Source: Candidatus Eiseniibacteriota bacterium
Lineage (GTDB): Bacteria > Eisenbacteria > RBG-16-71-46
Direction: 5' to 3'
DNA length: 63,807 bases
Assembly: GCA_044222065.1 (NCBI GenBank)
Contig: JBGAOA010000018.1
Coordinates: forward strand, 1-63,807
Of this stretch, positions 62,301 to 63,807 are shown piece after piece; within the stretch, counting starts at the first letter, position 1; the number at the start of each line of letters is the position of its first letter. The translations under genes were made by a program, and so were the position numbers. The notes below the pieces were generated by a model. That model was not told the DNA's origin, made no database searches, and saw nothing but the letters and a program-made list of their open reading frames with translations.

Positions 62301-62415
62301 GCGCGGATCCTCCGAGGTTCGTGGAGATCCGAACCGCGAGAGCGGCGGCCCGGGCGGTCAGACTAGCGCATCCCGAGTCGCGTGCGGTCGATTGGACCTG
62401 GCGTCCGGTCGTGCG

Positions 62416-63360
62416 TCAGGGGCGCAGATGGATCGGGAAGTGAGCGAGACGCACCGCTCCCGTCGCGTCCTCCCACGAGAGGCGCAGCACGACGTCCGCG
62501 GTCGGCCAGTCGCCCTCCGCGCGGATCAGCGGGCCGCGCTCCGCGTCGAGCAGGTAGGCGCCTTCGACGGTCATGCGCTGCAGGATCTCCCCGCGCGTCG
62601 TGATCAGGGCGACCTCGACCGGGGCGTTCGGAGGCAGTTCGGGATCCAGCACGAGCGCGAGACGAAGACGCCGTTCTTCCGGGCGCGGCACGAGCAGCGT
62701 GTCGTTCGCGCCCGACGCCGAGGCAGGACCTTCGCGCGCCACGAGCGTGCGTGTCGCGGGGCCCGCCCCGAGTTCGAGGCGCAACAGCGAATCGTTGCGG
62801 ACGCCCCGAGTGACGCCTCCCTCCGGCTCGCCGATCTCGCCGCCGCCGCGCCCGAGCGGGCCCATGACGAGCAGGGCCGCCGCCGCGGCCGCGATCGCGC
62901 CGCCGAATGCGCCGCCGAACCAGAATTCGCGCCGCCGCCAGAACGACTCGATGCGCTCGACGCGGGGCGGCCTCGGCGTCGCCCCTTCCGAACGGGGAGC
63001 GATGCTCGCGAGCAATTCCGCCGAGGGCTCGAGCGCCTCGACGCGCTCGAGCACGGGTTCGTGCCCGAGGCGTCTCAACGTGTCGGAACATTCGTCGCAG
63101 CCCGCGAGATGGCGCCGAACGATCTCGCGTTGCAGGCCCTTCAAACGATCACGGCGGCGTTCCCACTGAGCGATCATCGCGTCCGGCAGGTGGCGGCCGA
63201 GGTTCGCGTCCGGGGTTCGCAGGGACTCGAGCGCGTCGCGGCACTCCGGGCAGTCGCTCACGTGCCGCTCGAATCGCGCTCGATCCGTTTCATCGAGCCA
63301 CCCCGTCACGTAGGCCGCCAGGCGCCCACGAACCCAGTCGTGTTCCGGCGTGTCGTTCAT
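62416..63360 (-). CDS. Anti-sigma factor with two zf-HC2-like motifs and one TM helix
   Basis: Motifs HVSDCPEC and HLAGCDEC (H-x3-C-x2-C, twice). TM helix FWFGGAFGGAIAAAAAALLVMGPL. ATGA overlap with the upstream sigma-factor stop. 314 aa. Confidence 0.65.
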   Translation of the reverse strand: MNDTPEHDWVRGRLAAYVTGWLDETDRARFERHVSDCPECRDALESLRTPDANLGRHLPDAMIAQWERRRDRLKGLQREIVRRHLAGCDECSDTLRRLGHEPVLERVEALEPSAELLASIAPRSEGATPRPPRVERIESFWRRREFWFGGAFGGAIAAAAAALLVMGPLGRGGGEIGEPEGGVTRGVRNDSLLRLELGAGPATRTLVAREGPASASGANDTLLVPRPEERRLRLALVLDPELPPNAPVEVALITTRGEILQRMTVEGAYLLDAERGPLIRAEGDWPTADVVLRLSWEDATGAVRLAHFPIHLRP

Positions 63361-63807
63361 GCGAGCCCCAAAAGGTTGCGCGCCCAGTCGCCGAGCGGGC
63401 CCTGATCCGCCCGGCAGATCTCGAGCGCGCGCTCACGGCAGCGCTCCGAGCGCTTGCGCGCCGCGGCGTGCGTGATCTCGAGGTGTTGCGCGACGGACGC
63501 GAGATTGAACGACTCGACCCATCGATCGAACAGCTCGCGACACTTCTCGCCGAGCGACTCGAGCAGGACGCGAACGTAGAACTGCGCCTCCTCGGGATCG
63601 AGCGGTTCGTCGTCCCCCTCGGGCACGACGACGCCCGGATCGCCCTCGAGCGCTTCGGTCCATTGTTTCCGTCGCATGCGGTTGATCGCCACGCGTTTCG
63701 CGATCGTGACCTCCATCGCCTCCCGGTTCCGCACGCCGCCGCACCGAACGGCTCGCAGCAGTCCGACCAGGCCCTCTTGTGCGAGGTCTTCGAGTTCGTC
63801 GGAGTCC
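63357..63807 (-). CDS. ECF-type RNA polymerase sigma-70 factor (partial; N-terminus lies beyond the window end)
   Basis: The region-4 HTH is FNLASVAQHLEITHAAARKRSERCRERAL. The reading frame continues to the window edge (DSDELEDLAQEGLVGLLRAVRCGG... region 2). Confidence 0.75.
   Translation of the reverse strand, partial: DSDELEDLAQEGLVGLLRAVRCGGVRNREAMEVTIAKRVAINRMRRKQWTEALEGDPGVVVPEGDDEPLDPEEAQFYVRVLLESLGEKCRELFDRWVESFNLASVAQHLEITHAAARKRSERCRERALEICRADQGPLGDWARNLLGLA

Overview
This is a 63.8-kb chromosomal window from a high-GC bacterium. GC looks to be about 70% by eye. The mix of T9SS-type C-terminal sorting domains with BNR/sortilin, Kelch, NHL and TPR proteins suggests an FCB-group or Gemmatimonadota-like organism; that is an inference. 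Coding density is high, and many adjacent genes overlap by 4 nt (ATGA or GTGA), which points to translational coupling.

The core metabolic block holds a PFK-aceK-icd operon at 4943-9264. A 10-gene, tightly coupled operon apbE-rnfCDGEAB-korAB lies on the minus strand at 22963-32280. A four-subunit-type 2-oxoacid:ferredoxin oxidoreductase with its own ferredoxin is transcribed divergently from it at 32433-35965. A second PFK, an MFS transporter and acetyl-CoA synthetase sit at 36461-40903. Together these form a ferredoxin-centred energy-conservation module.

The rest of the window is accessory-like. It starts with an FRG-domain gene and a flotillin. It carries several secreted repeat proteins with T9SS-type C-terminal domains, one of them with an apparent frameshift. 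A diheme cytochrome c is translationally coupled to a 1067-aa sortilin/BNR protein.

The 3' third of the window at 52171-63807 holds the least explicable content. A four-gene plus-strand operon there encodes: a coiled-coil protein carrying a 5x 42-bp tandem repeat; a J-like (no HPD) / TM / Cys-rich protein; an unknown 2-TM protein; and a truncated Hsp70-family ATPase. An outer-membrane beta-barrel gene follows. A convergent ECF sigma / zinc-finger anti-sigma / TPR-CHAT (caspase-like) lipoprotein locus closes the window.

No tRNA, rRNA, CRISPR array, transposase or integrase was recognised. Many long ORFs in the six-frame track are antisense, Arg/Ala-rich artifacts of the high GC content and were not called.
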